Positions 26,932 through 38,985 of a stretch of 64,000 nucleotides of DNA are shown piece by piece. Below the pieces are notes generated by a model, which was not told where the DNA came from, did not search any database, and was given only the letters and a program-made list of their open reading frames with translations. The position numbers were made by a program, and so were the translations under genes. How positions within the stretch are numbered: position 1 is the first letter of the stretch; the number at the start of each line of letters is the position of its first letter. The DNA comes from Camelus ferus (Eukaryota), in the NCBI RefSeq assembly GCF_009834535.1, contig NC_045696.1, positions 33,544,001 through 33,608,000 on the forward strand. Direction: 5' to 3'.

Positions 26932-27667
26932 TGTGATGTGATTCTGACACTGACCACCCAAGTTAGCACAGATTCAAGTTAAGGTCATGGTCCCCAACAA
27001 GACCTCCCTCACTTCAGATGTCAGCTCCAGCTGACAAGTTTGGGATCTCCAGCTCACCTGCACTTCTGATCTACTGACTACAAATTCAAGGTTTCCTGTG
27101 ACCCACTCAGGTTTGATAATTCAATAGAATGACTCACGAAACTCAATAGAGCATTATCTTTACGATTACAGTTTTAGTATATAGGATACAAGTCAAGATC
27201 AGTTAAATGAAGAAACACACCAGATGAGGTTTGGGAGGGTCCTGAGCTTTCACATCCCCTCCCTGTGGAGTTCAGATGTGTCACCCTCCTGGCACATTTG
27301 TGTGTTAGCCAACCAGGAAGTTCACCTGATCCTCAGCGTCCAGAGTTTTTAGTGAGGTTTCATTATGTTCACATGAATGATTGACTGCTTGGTCCCATGA
27401 CTGAACTCAATCTCTAGCCTGTATCACCTCCACCAGATGTCAGGAGGTCTATCTGATATCATGTGGCTCAAACTCCAAACCTCTAACCACATGGTTAGTC
27501 CTTCTGGCATGACCATTTCCCACCCTCTTTAGCATAAATTCAGGTGTAGTCCAAGGGAACACAGTGAGTAATAAAGACATGCCTATCTCTCAGTAAATCA
27601 CAAAGGTTCAGAAGTTTCCTCTTAGAAATCATGGGCAGAGCCCAGACACATTTGCTTTTCTACAACA
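26932..27667 (-). mobile_element. MER21-like LTR
   Basis: TG...CA ends; blocks ttctgacactgaccaccc, gacccactcaggtttgataattcaatagaatgactcacgaaactca, tgaactcaatctctagcc. Confidence 0.85.
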
Positions 27668-29127
27668 AAGGTGTACATGTTAAATTAAGGGAATATATTT
27701 TCTTGCCCCCATAACCTACTGTGCCAAGGAGATAAACCATTTGGCCCACAGTAGCCCTAAATAAAGGGTGAGTACAGCTTTATGGATCATGTGCAATTAT
27801 GCACACAATATGTACTTTTTCATTATTGCCTGTCCAAAATCACAAAAACCTCAGTGAGTTTCCTGATTTTCAATCTATTAAAACAATAAGATATAAAGGA
27901 ATGGATAAGTAGCACTTAGTAATAGCCACACACATGACTGAAATAACTAACCAAGCTCTTATACAAACACACAAACAGCCCTTCAACCATAAACAAATCT
28001 AGAGCTTGAATCTGACAGAATCCATTAACTGAGAATATTATAATAATTTTACTAATTAATGGACTGTAAAAGGCTTCCAGATGGCATAGGCAAATACACT
28101 TAATTATAGTCCATCATTCTTGCCTGCACTTAGAACCTCCAGCGTTGTAGGACAATCCTGAAATTTACATAGTTATGAATTATTGTTGTAGCCATATGGA
28201 AATACAGTTCTGATAGAATTGCACATTTAAAAATCTATTTATTCAACAAACACAGAACTTCCAAAATTTTGTGCTTATAAAAATTTTAAAAGTTGTGAAT
28301 TTCTAAACCATAATGTTAATGGGCTTTTTAATATCCTTGTGCAAATTACTTATTCAATAATAATGTCATATTTAGTAAATAAAGACCAAACAGCAGATTC
28401 ACATAAGGAACTCAATAGTGTGCTCACACACACAAAAAAAGGCAAAACAAAACAAGGCTAAAAGCCAAAGCAATCTATTTGAATTTGCTTTGCGTGATCA
28501 AGTAAATGTGTTTTTTTCCTGGATAACACCTGTTTCTCACGTTACATCAATTGCCATTGTTATTAATACACCAAAAATATTCTTCCCCAAAAAGAGCTGT
28601 GGATTTCTTTGAAAGCCAACCATCTGTTAAACACATTTATTTAAGATGTTTTAGTAGCATCTGTGGGAAAAGAATATAGTGATATAAAAGAAGTTTCTGA
28701 CTTTTGGGTAATTTCTAGTTAATCTCTTGTAAAACCAATCTGTAATACTTCATTAGAATGATACATGAGGCAGGATAGGGTCCATTATAACTATTTAGAA
28801 TACCATTTGTGCTATTGTTATGGGGCCACCTAATTTGAAAAATAAAATGACAGTGCATCCTCTAGTCACCTCTAATTCTACCACCATTGGTAGACACTGC
28901 TAAAGGTAGAGGGCCTGCAGAGAAGTCATAAACAGGAATAAGCCATCAAGAGTGTCCTGCATGTACAGTTACTTTCCCATCTGCATTTTGATATTGTCCA
29001 TATTGCTCAAGCTTAATATTTTAAATGATGTTTGAGATAAATTCAGCATCCATCTAAAACAAGGCACTCTGTAAGTTCTCCCAGGTATGTGGTATAATTT
29101 CAGATCATTTTAAAACATTGGATAGCG

Positions 29128-29845
29128 ATCAGGGAAATGCAAATCAAAACAACTTCACACCCACTAGGATGAACATATTAGAAAAGACAGAGGATAACAA
29201 GCATTAGAGAGGATGTAGAGACATTGGAACCCTCATATAATGCGATTTAAGACAAAATGATGTAGAGCTTTGGAAAACAGTATAGCAACTCCACAAAACC
29301 TTAAACAAAAGGGTGTCACTGACCCTACAACTCCATTCCTAGATACATACCGAAGAGAAATGAAAACATATGTTTACATAAAAATTCATACACAAATGTT
29401 CATTATTATTTTTAACAGTCAAACATTGAAAACCCCAAATATCCATCAACTGACAAATGAGTAAATAAAATGTGCTATGTCTAGACAATGCAGTATTATT
29501 TGGTAATAAAAAATAAAGGACTGATACATGTTACGATATGGAAGGATCTTAAAAACATATGCTAAGACACAAAAGAACACATGTCGTATGATTCCATTAT
29601 ATGAAATGCTCAGAATAGGCAAATTTATAGAGGCAGCAAGTGGCTGCCCAAGGATAGAGGAAGGTTGGAGAAATTAGATGACTACCAGTGGGTATCAGGT
29701 TTCATTTTGGAGTGACAAAAATGTTCTGATACTGATTGTGATGATGATGCTTGCGAATACACTAACATCTATCAAATTGTACATTTTAACTAAGTGAGCT
29801 GTATGGTATATGAATTACATATCAATATGGTTGTTATTTGAAAAA
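29128..29845 (+). mobile_element. L1MB-type ORF2 end and 3' UTR
   Basis: atcagggaaatgcaaatcaaaac...tatgattccattatatgaaatgctcagaataggcaaatttatagag...tatggtatatgaattacatatcaata. Confidence 0.9.
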
Positions 29846-31989
29846 CAATAGAAATATTTCTTATAATTTTATCTTAGAATTCATGAGTTTAGTATTGAGA
29901 GTATGTTCGGTGTCCTCTTCTCTCAGAATACATTTTTATGTAGGAGGCAGAGTGCATAATGAATCAAAAGGAAAAGACTAGTGATAGTTATGGTGGTATT
30001 AAATACCTAAATCCTAAAATAGTAGAAAAAATAAAAGATAAAAGAAACTTTCCAAATGAAAAACTGCCATTGTGTAGAGGTTCATGCGGATAAAGGATTA
30101 AGATGCAGCATGAAGCGAAAGTAGCTCCTCTGCTTTAATCTAACATCCCATGGTACTGCTGACCAAAAACGGAAATCAATTAAAATGAACCTATTTGAGT
30201 ACTGATGACAGAGTGAAGGGAGCTAGTACACACTCTGGAGCTATTCCATTTATTATAGGTTGCATTTTTAATTTTTTAAATATTTTTTTTCCTTCTATGG
30301 CTTAAAACTTCAATCAAATCTTTCTTTCAAGTCCTCTCAACGACACTTTCTTTTACTTACTAATGTCTACTGAGGTGCATACTAACATACTTTATAAACA
30401 AAATAGTATTTTGTACACAAATATTTACATATCATTATGCATGGCTCAGATTAAGTGAAGAGAGCCTTCCAAGATCAACATACAAAGAAAGCGATTAACA
30501 AAAGCAAGACAGGTAGATTCAAGAAGGCATTCTCTTGGGAGATGGAAGGCAGGGACTGAGGATGTAGGAAAATCAATAGGAAATATAAATGAGAAGCTAC
30601 AAAGAAATACAAATAGATAGGCAAGGTCAACAGCAGAGAAGAAAAGAGAGAAGTAATCAGTTCTTAGGCTCGTTGGTCCCTTAAATGTACAATATTTGTT
30701 TTAGTCTTTTCCAGATGTTTTTAGCAGCTGAGAACTGGATTCTGGGGGTGGAGAGGGAACAAGAGAATCTAGGTGTGATTTCAGGGAGCATGAAAACTCC
30801 AAAACTTATCAAAGGTACATGGAAAGAGAAATTGATATGCCTCCTGGAGCTGTCTTAAAATTGTGTTGGGTCCATTTGTGGTTTTAAAGACTTGGAGAAG
30901 AGAAAGAGAGTGAAAAATAGGGAGCAAATATCTACGCAAATTGGTACTTATTTATTTTGTGCAAGTTATTTTGAAAGAATTAATATGAGATCATTTATTT
31001 TCATCCTAAAAGATCAAATGTTTTGTGTTTCATAAATGTTTAGCAACAGTTACCTGGATATCCATTCAGTTGTTAATATCAAGTGACATCTGGTCTTTTC
31101 CTAGATCTTCATTTAGCCTCCATATCATTAACCGGCCAGACCCTTTAATCTTCTATACTTCTGACACTTCTACATTTTAGGACCAGAAGAAGATTTAGAG
31201 AATAATATTCCAATTATTTAACCCAAAATCAAAGAAAGCTATTTGTTTTTAGTTATTTATAGACCAAGGTGTAAAAACATGTTATATTAATAAATGATGC
31301 TTTTTAGGATTAGATAAAACAAATAGTTTTGGGTAATTTTCCAAAAGTGTATAAAATTAAGGGGAATCCTTCTTATAATTCTAACAGATTTGGCTTTTAA
31401 AAGTTTTTAGAATAAAACACAGTGTCTTAATTTTACCATGTTTACTCCAAAGATAGCTAAAATACTTAAAGAGATATAGATATATTAAATATACATGTGA
31501 AACTATAAGCTATAAATGATCCTTCACAGAAAATACACCCAATTTTATATTTTATTACACACCTTTTCTTACATCCATATTTTATATGATTAACTTGCTG
31601 CAATCTTTACCCTTAGTGGTAGAAATAGCATATTAACTTTATTTTATAATAAGCATTAGTATATAAGCACATATATTTATGTTTAGGGTCTATGAACAGA
31701 CTTTGATTTTTGTTATTTTGTTTGTTTTGTTTTTAAGAATAAAAAAGGAAAGTTGAAAAAATTATCTTCAAGACTTTTGATTTTTTTATTCCTTTTTATT
31801 TAAATATTTTAACATAGTAAGAACATTAATATTTTCAAGCCCTGTTTGTGATATTTTATTGCATGTAATAAGCATGTGTTGTGTTTTCTCCAAAGCACAA
31901 CAAAGCACTTTTCTGAATATTAGAAAATCAAAAATATACTAGTCAATAAATCTAATACAAAGCACTTTATCCAAAGTGTTTTTCCTTCT

Positions 31990-33900
31990 CCAACACTAAC
32001 CTAATTCCTTCAACTTCCATATTCAATCCATCAGTATTTCTTGTAAGTTCTACTTTCAAAATTCAGCGAGAAGCTTATTTCTTACTACCTAGCACAAGCT
32101 GTCATTATGCCCCCTGCAAATTACAAAATAAACTTCTATGTTTTATATAGTCTTTATCCTCATAATAATGATTTTTAAATATTTAAATACAAATCTAAAT
32201 TAAATCTAAATAAGATTTTCTAAAAATCTCCCAATCTACTTCCCATGAATTCAAATATCTCTTTTTATATCTATCTTTCAGTCTTCTACTTTTGAAGTGA
32301 ATATGGTAAAATTAAGGCATTGATTTTTACTCTAAAATCATTAAGAGTCAAATCTGTTAGAAATATCAGAAGAATTTGTCATAATTTTATACACTTTTGG
32401 AAAATTTCCCGATGCTCTTTAACTCATTATTTATATGATCCTGAAAAGCATCACTGATTAACACCGACTCTTTGCCATGAGATACAATGTTCACAGTATA
32501 CAATATACCTGATGACTTTGTTTACCTCTAGGACCAGTTTTTCTTCAGCTCCAGCCTTACTGGACATGCTGCTTTTCTTCAACATCTCAAGTTTGTGCCC
32601 TTATCAGCTTTCATGGCATCTTTCCCCTTCACCCGGAGATCATTCGCTCTGGGTCTTCACAGGACTTGTCCTCTCACATTATCGAGATCTCTGCTGAAAT
32701 CATCTCCCTGAAGAGATGCCTCGAACAACTCTATCTAAAAGCCACTCTCCACTCCATCAAGCTAAGTCTCCTTTTCTAGCTTGACTGTCTTCCTACTTAC
32801 ATTATCTGATTAATAGATACTTATATTATCTGATTACGTACACTATCTAATTTATATTATGAATACCTTTCTTCATTCCTTAGTATCCATCTTCCTCTCC
32901 TGTTTGGCTTTTATTACATCATATTCTTCAAGTTTTTATTCTACTTCATTGGCTCTTTCTCCAGAATACCTGCTTCACTCTCCTTTTTTGGCTGTCTTTC
33001 TATTACTTTAAATTTTGAGTATCCAGAACTCAGTCTTAGCTTCTCTTCTCTTTTAGTTTAGTTCAGGTAATTTCATGAAGGCTTTAAACTTTGACAAGAC
33101 TTTATATAACACCAACATTTTGAAATTTCAAAACATAGCTCAAGACTCATATATTCAATTTCTTTCTTAATACTTCACACTAAGACATTTCAATATCAAT
33201 ATTTCTAAAAGTTTATCCTACCCCAACCCAATGAATTCCTCTACAATCCCAGCTTTCCCCCTTCCCATATGTAGCATCCCATATATCCAGTGGTTCAAGC
33301 CAACAAATCTAGAAGTAATGCCACTTTCTCTTTTCCCAAAACCAGTCCATCTTTACTTATAGTACTTTAAGGTTTAGCTTCAAAATATACATTACATCTT
33401 CCCATATCTCCCCATCCCCATCACTACCACTCCCTCCATCTTCACTACGATCACTCAACTCATACCTTTTTTCTCCACTCATATATCTTCTTACTTCTAC
33501 TTGACCCCCTGCATTCCATTTTGCACATCATAGAAGAGACAGAATATTCTTTCACAGTACATCGTGTCACTTCCTGAGTTGAACTTAAAATGACTTTTCA
33601 TTGCTTTTAGAGTATAATGTAATCTACTCATCACCTGATACGTTCGGCATTATTTGGTTTCTGTTTACCGCTCGACTTTGAATTCATTAAACTCTCTCCC
33701 TCAGTCATCATCTTCCAAACATAATGACCTCTTTTCTGCTCTCCTCAAATTCCAAGTCCTTTCTGCTTAAAGGCCTTCTCCTCTGTCTAAATATTGCCCT
33801 GCTCTTCAAATAACTGCAGGCATCAGTTCAAAAAGCACTTCCTATGAGAGGCTCCCCAAACTCTCATTCATTTATTTTAAAAGATTGTTTTATTTCTCTA
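31990..33900 (+). mobile_element. Cluster of degenerate LINE-2 fragments
   Basis: Pyrimidine-rich L2-like blocks (catattcaatccatcagt, ccagtggttcaagccaacaaatctagaagt, cttcagctccagccttactgg); several pieces with interruptions. Confidence 0.6.
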
Positions 33901-34098
33901 TATCAAGCACTATGACAGGTGGAAAAAGATTGATTTTCTTTCCTTCCTGAAGCTTAGATTCTATTAGTAATGATATATTATCATTTCAGAAGTTTCTATA
34001 GTACTTCACAGTTATAGTTCTGGCTTTTGGTAATTCCTGGATGTTTAAAAGATGTAAATTGTTTTGCAATATAATTTCAAAAACTTAAGACTAGAAAG

Positions 34099-34490
34099 TA
34101 TAATTAAGAGCCTGAGTCCATTTTTGTTGACCTTTGACGCTTTTCATGCACACCCCTCCTTTCCTTCCCCCTGTCTCCACATGTGAGCAAGGTAGTAAAA
34201 AAGCCTCCCTTGGCTATGCAGAAGTTCAAATCATGCACTCTGTCCCTCTGGACCCCACTTTTTAACCTCCATAAAAACCAGAGACACCTGCCTGTAAGAC
34301 CACACTCCCTACCTGCTTTGTTCACACCAGACCACATTTGAGCCTTCCTGAGGGAATTCTTTGGTTGTTTGTTGTCTTTCTTTCTATTTGCTATCCATTG
34401 GTGCATATGTACCATTCATCCTAACTGTAAATTTTGGAGAGGCACACTGCCCAGCATCCAGCAGAGGATGCTAAGCACCCTAATAAAATA
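34099..34490 (+). mobile_element. 5' LTR of a class III (ERV-L/ERV-S-like) provirus relic
   Basis: About 390-bp LTR-like block with ccataaaaa TATA-like motif, immediately followed by a PBS and downstream RT motifs. Confidence 0.65.
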
Positions 34491-34492
34491 AT

Positions 34493-34510
34493 TGGCACTG
34501 TGAGTGGGAT
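34493..34510 (+). other. Retroviral primer-binding site, tRNA-Ser type
   Basis: tggcactgtgagtgggat matches 15/18 with TGGCGCTGTGAGCAGGAT, the complement of the tRNA-Ser(CGA) 3' end as recalled. Confidence 0.65.
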
Positions 34511-35333
34511 GCCCTGGCAATGACCCTGGGGGTGAGATCTCCAATCTCTCCCTCTTGATTTACTCAGTGTATTACTCACAGTTCAGTGGGCCTGAATGGG
34601 ATCAACCAATTGCTGAGCTTGTGTGCTTGTGTTCTGGGCTGTGCCTCTTTATGTTGGGATGGCTAGATTCTAGCAGTCTTAAGTTTGTCCAACCTGAGTT
34701 AGCCCTTATGAGTGAGGAAAAGTGGCAAAGAGGCTAACTTTGGGTAGAGATGGGAAAATAAAAAAGGAATAGAGGCTGAGTTGCTTAGGAAATATAGGGC
34801 CACTGTGGTCAGTCTAACCAGGCATTGATTCCTGTATTTTCAGAATATTGCACATTAAGGAATGGTGGATCCCCTAGGTGGTCACCAGTTGCTACGTGGC
34901 ATTCAGACCTCAATGGTATGGATCTACGGGGTCAGGTGTTGGGCTTACTATCCTCCCTTAGTTCACAAAATTTTGGTCCTCATTGGGATTCCACAAAGAA
35001 GAAAAAACTACAATAAAAATTATCCTAAAATCTACTGAATTAAAATGGTAAAGGTAAAATTGCTACAAGAAAAAAACTGAGATAATGATCCAATGTGGTT
35101 TTGCCAATAAAAATCCTAGAGTGAAATTCAAAGTTTGGGATAAGGTTGCATAATAAAGGAAAATAGAAATAGTTGGCTTTATATTTAAGCCTCAAACCAG
35201 ATGCATTAAATTATTTATAATTAAATTTTTAGCCCTAGGGGTATATCTTACTAAATGGAACTCTAAATTTGCCATAGCAACCCAACCACATCAACTAATG
35301 AAAGCTAACAAATTATAACTCAGGCTATGAAAC

Positions 35334-35730
35334 TTCCTAAAGGAAGGGATAATTAATCCAACGGTTTTCCCCTTCAGTTGTCCAATTAAGACACAATGAA
35401 AATGTATGGTACCTGACTATGAATGATCACAGTTCCACAGTGCTTCCTATAAACCTCTAATCCCACACATTATTAAAATAACAAATTCCATTCAATTGGC
35501 CATTAGAAGATACTTTGCTGTGATATTTGGCTAATGTGTTCTGCTCGACGTCTCAACAGCCTCCCAGGTGCAATTTGCATTCACCTTCGAAGGGAAACAG
35601 TACAGCTTTACTTGGCTCCCATGATACCTGAATAGGACAGACATACATAAACAATGCAGACTATAACCCCACCACACCCAGTTGTTCCTCAGAATCCAGG
35701 TATGGCATTTACTGATGATGCTCTTTCTAT
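35334..35730 (+). pseudogene. pol: Frameshifted retroviral pol (reverse transcriptase) remnant, class III ERV
   Basis: Manual translation across frameshifts gives, in order: LKEGIINPTVFPFSCPI; RYFAVI/LANVFCS; STASQVQFAFTFEGKQYSFTWLPM/YLN; WH/TDDAL (decayed YxDD). Confidence 0.85.
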
Positions 35731-36584
35731 ATACACCAACACAGATTTTTAGAAATATATATGCACAACATCCTTTAAAGACATTTGTAAGAGTAAAAGG
35801 ATATAAATTATTTTTCCCTAGTGGCATCCTGGTCCAATCAATGAAGTAAAAACCAAATTTCTGATTGGGTATTTCTCTAATTTTAGATTGAAGCAGTTTT
35901 TAAACTTAGTTTCATTGAGATGAGCTCAGTTTTCCTTCAAAATAATGACTACCCTGCAATGAGTTTTACTGAGTTGACAGATGTTTACAATATGCATAAC
36001 CAGATACATACATAAACATTTAAGACTTCTATAGAAGTGCAATTGGAGGAGGGAGAGGAAAGAAAATGAAAAATACCAGATTATTTCTTATTAAACTCAT
36101 CCAGAAAGGGCATGAATTATACAACTTTAGGGTGCATTTGACACTAGATTAATGGAAATTTATTCACAGAACTCCCTAGGAACAGAGATGAGCATATACT
36201 ATTTACATTTCTCATTTTACATATTATAACTTTATACATGCCGACAAGTTATATACTTAAAAGACCAGCAGGCAAATATTTAATGAGAAATGATCTTTTG
36301 ATCCTGTTTTGATGTTTAGTTACATATGGAAAAACACAGGAGTTTAAAATGTTTACATCAAATCCAAAAAGCTACCTTGCATGAGGACAAGGGAGACTAC
36401 ATACTTATCAAAGTCTTGATGCTATAGCTTTAATTTAGACTGAAAATTATTGCTCTTGTTTCTGTTGCAAATACTGCCTTTATTACTCCTCTTGATGATG
36501 AGGGGGTCTTCCATGCCAGTTCTGGATGTGAAACAATTCAGAGGTTCAGTTTAAAAATCATTTTGATCATTTTCTCCTAAGAAT

Positions 36585-36664
36585 ATAAAAAACAACTCTA
36601 GTTTTTCTTCTGCCTAGTATTATAGGCAATACTAGGCAGAAGAAAAACTAGAGTTGTTTTTTAT
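36585..36664. repeat. Perfect 37-bp inverted repeat with 6-nt spacer
   Basis: ATAAAAAACAACTCTAGTTTTTCTTCTGCCTAGTATT-ataggc-AATACTAGGCAGAAGAAAAACTAGAGTTGTTTTTTAT, checked base by base. Confidence 0.97.
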
Positions 36665-37388
36665 CAACTATTGCTTTCAAAAGTTGCCAGATGAAAGAAA
36701 ATATATTCTAAATAAACTTTTCAGATCCGAATAATGTTGTAATCCAATGACCACTTGATGTATAGAGAGCTGACAAGAGGCCAATATATAATAAAAGATG
36801 TTTATAAATACATTTCTGTTTAGTCAAGAGATGGGTAATCCTTTAACTTCAAAATTGAGCCACAAATTAATAAAAGAAAATCAAGAGGTTGATCTTATAA
36901 CCGTTAAAAGAGATTTTACTTATATTTACCTTTGCTACGTTTCAATTTGCTAGAATATGGTTCTAATGACACCAAACCTATGAGCTTGATTTTGAAAATT
37001 ATGATACGATTCACAAGTTCTCACCAGCTGTCTTTGGAACACAAATTGGGGGGTTGGGGGGGCAGTTGATGCTTGAAGAAAAGATAGGAGATTGTAATCA
37101 GTGCTTTGAAAATCTACTGGGAGATAATCATCCCAGAAATATCTCAACATACATGCTGACAGTGGATTATCTCTGAATATGAAGGGCAAAAATAGCTTTC
37201 TAAGCACCTGCAGATTATTTCTTAGTTAAGATTATTATATTAAGAATCCAGTTTCCTCAGTTGCCTCACCAAACTCTAGAATCCTGTAACTCCTGTTCAA
37301 TTTATACTCACATGTCCTTGAAAAAAAATTATTCCCAGGAGGGAATATTGTAAATGCAGCTGCCAACTCAGGAACGTTACTTGCCACC

Positions 37389-37804
37389 TGTTCTACGAGA
37401 ATTAGGTCTTTAGCCACTGCTATCGCTGACTCTCAACACGCTCTGAAAGGATTTCAGGGCGGAATGAGGCCCTCTGTGTTCTGGGAAAACCTCCAGAAGA
37501 GACCTTCAGATACTTAGATATTTTCATCAGAAATTTTTTATGAACCTAGATCCTTGCATCTTCCCATTCCCAGAAAAGCACTAAAACTCCTCATGACTAG
37601 CAGCAACTTCCTAGTGAGATACGTACTTGGTTGCATGTACCTCCTTCACCAAAATCACATATACACTGTCTTCTCCCCTTACCTCTTCAGAGAAGTTTCT
37701 TAGGGCTCTCTGAGAGGGTGTTTCCGGGGCTACAGTCCTCAGTAAGACCCTGAAGAAACTTGACCCAGAACTTTTAAGTTGTGCTTTTTATTTTTCAGTT
37801 AACA
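37389..37804 (+). mobile_element. ERV1 solo LTR, MER41-like
   Basis: TG...CA ends (tgttctacg ... ttttcagttaaca); R/U5 block ccccttacctcttcagagaagtttcttagggctctctgagagg...gctacagtcctca resembles artiodactyl MER41-like LTRs (family name recalled, not searched). Confidence 0.7.
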
Positions 37805-38892
37805 CAGTGTTGTAAATTGTGACATCTTACCTGAGTAAATGATTGAATAGACTTCCCCTTAACTTTCATGTTTCAGCAAGAACCTCTCAGTAAATCTTAC
37901 ACGTTAAGATTTTTATGGAAAAAGAAAGAAATGTTGTTTGTAAGCTTCTGCTAAAATCAGAAGATATTTTGACATTATTCATGTGGAAAATATTTATGTG
38001 CAAATAACAAACAAATAAAATTAAACCATTTTGTTTTGGTAACCACTTCAGTGTATTATATGACAGCTGAGTGAGGGTGACTGTTGTATTATGTGGCAAT
38101 TGTTTTTCCCAAACAGCTAAATATTTTCCATATATTGTTTCTTTTTCCAGATGAAAAATGCATACAGCTCTAGAAAGTTTTGGAAATTAAAAAAAAATGT
38201 TTTTGACCTTTAGATCAAACAATTTTATTAATATTCAGTAACATGAACATTCAAAAAACAGCCATCAGCATATTTTCTGCATTCCCTTGACTTACTTTAT
38301 GTGAATAAGAAATCAACCACATATTCAAAGTGGATATAACCTTGTTAAATATTATAAGCTTTTTTTAACCCACAGATAACTGAGAAAAAATACATTAACT
38401 AATAATTCACCAGTCTCTGTAAAGACAACATTACAATCTTCTTCATTAAAATCTTTAATTTAATCATTGTAGTGCTTAGTTAGAAAACATTTTAGGGAAA
38501 TTTTCACAGTATGTTCACAAATTTAAAATGTAATATATAAATCACCCAGACCTACACAAGACTCTGCTATTTATTCTAACTTTATCTTAAGTGGAGAAAT
38601 TACCAGCATACCAGAGAATAATCCAAAGGTTTTACTTGATCTACTTTTCAAAACTCACACTTTTTGTTTAACTACATGCAAAATGGACTATGTTTTTTAT
38701 GTGAGAAAATCAGATGTGTTGTCCCTACCTGGCACCCCACCAGCAGACCCAGCTGTATTAGAACAATTTTTAACATTTTAAAATTCTATCTTCTGGGCAA
38801 TTTTCAGGGAAAATAAGTCAATGCACTTGGCCAATCTTGTTGAGCATTTTACCTCTACTTCTGGTGCATGTGTGGCAGATGAGTCACTTCCA

Positions 38893-38985
38893 ATTCATTC
38901 CTTCAACACATATTTATTGAGCATTAACTATGTGCCAGGCACTCTGTGCTGGTTATATTGATGAAAACACAATCATGGTGTCTAA
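38893..38985 (-). mobile_element. LINE-2 3' end
   Basis: ttcattccttcaacacatatttattgagcattaactatgtgccaggcact. Confidence 0.85.
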
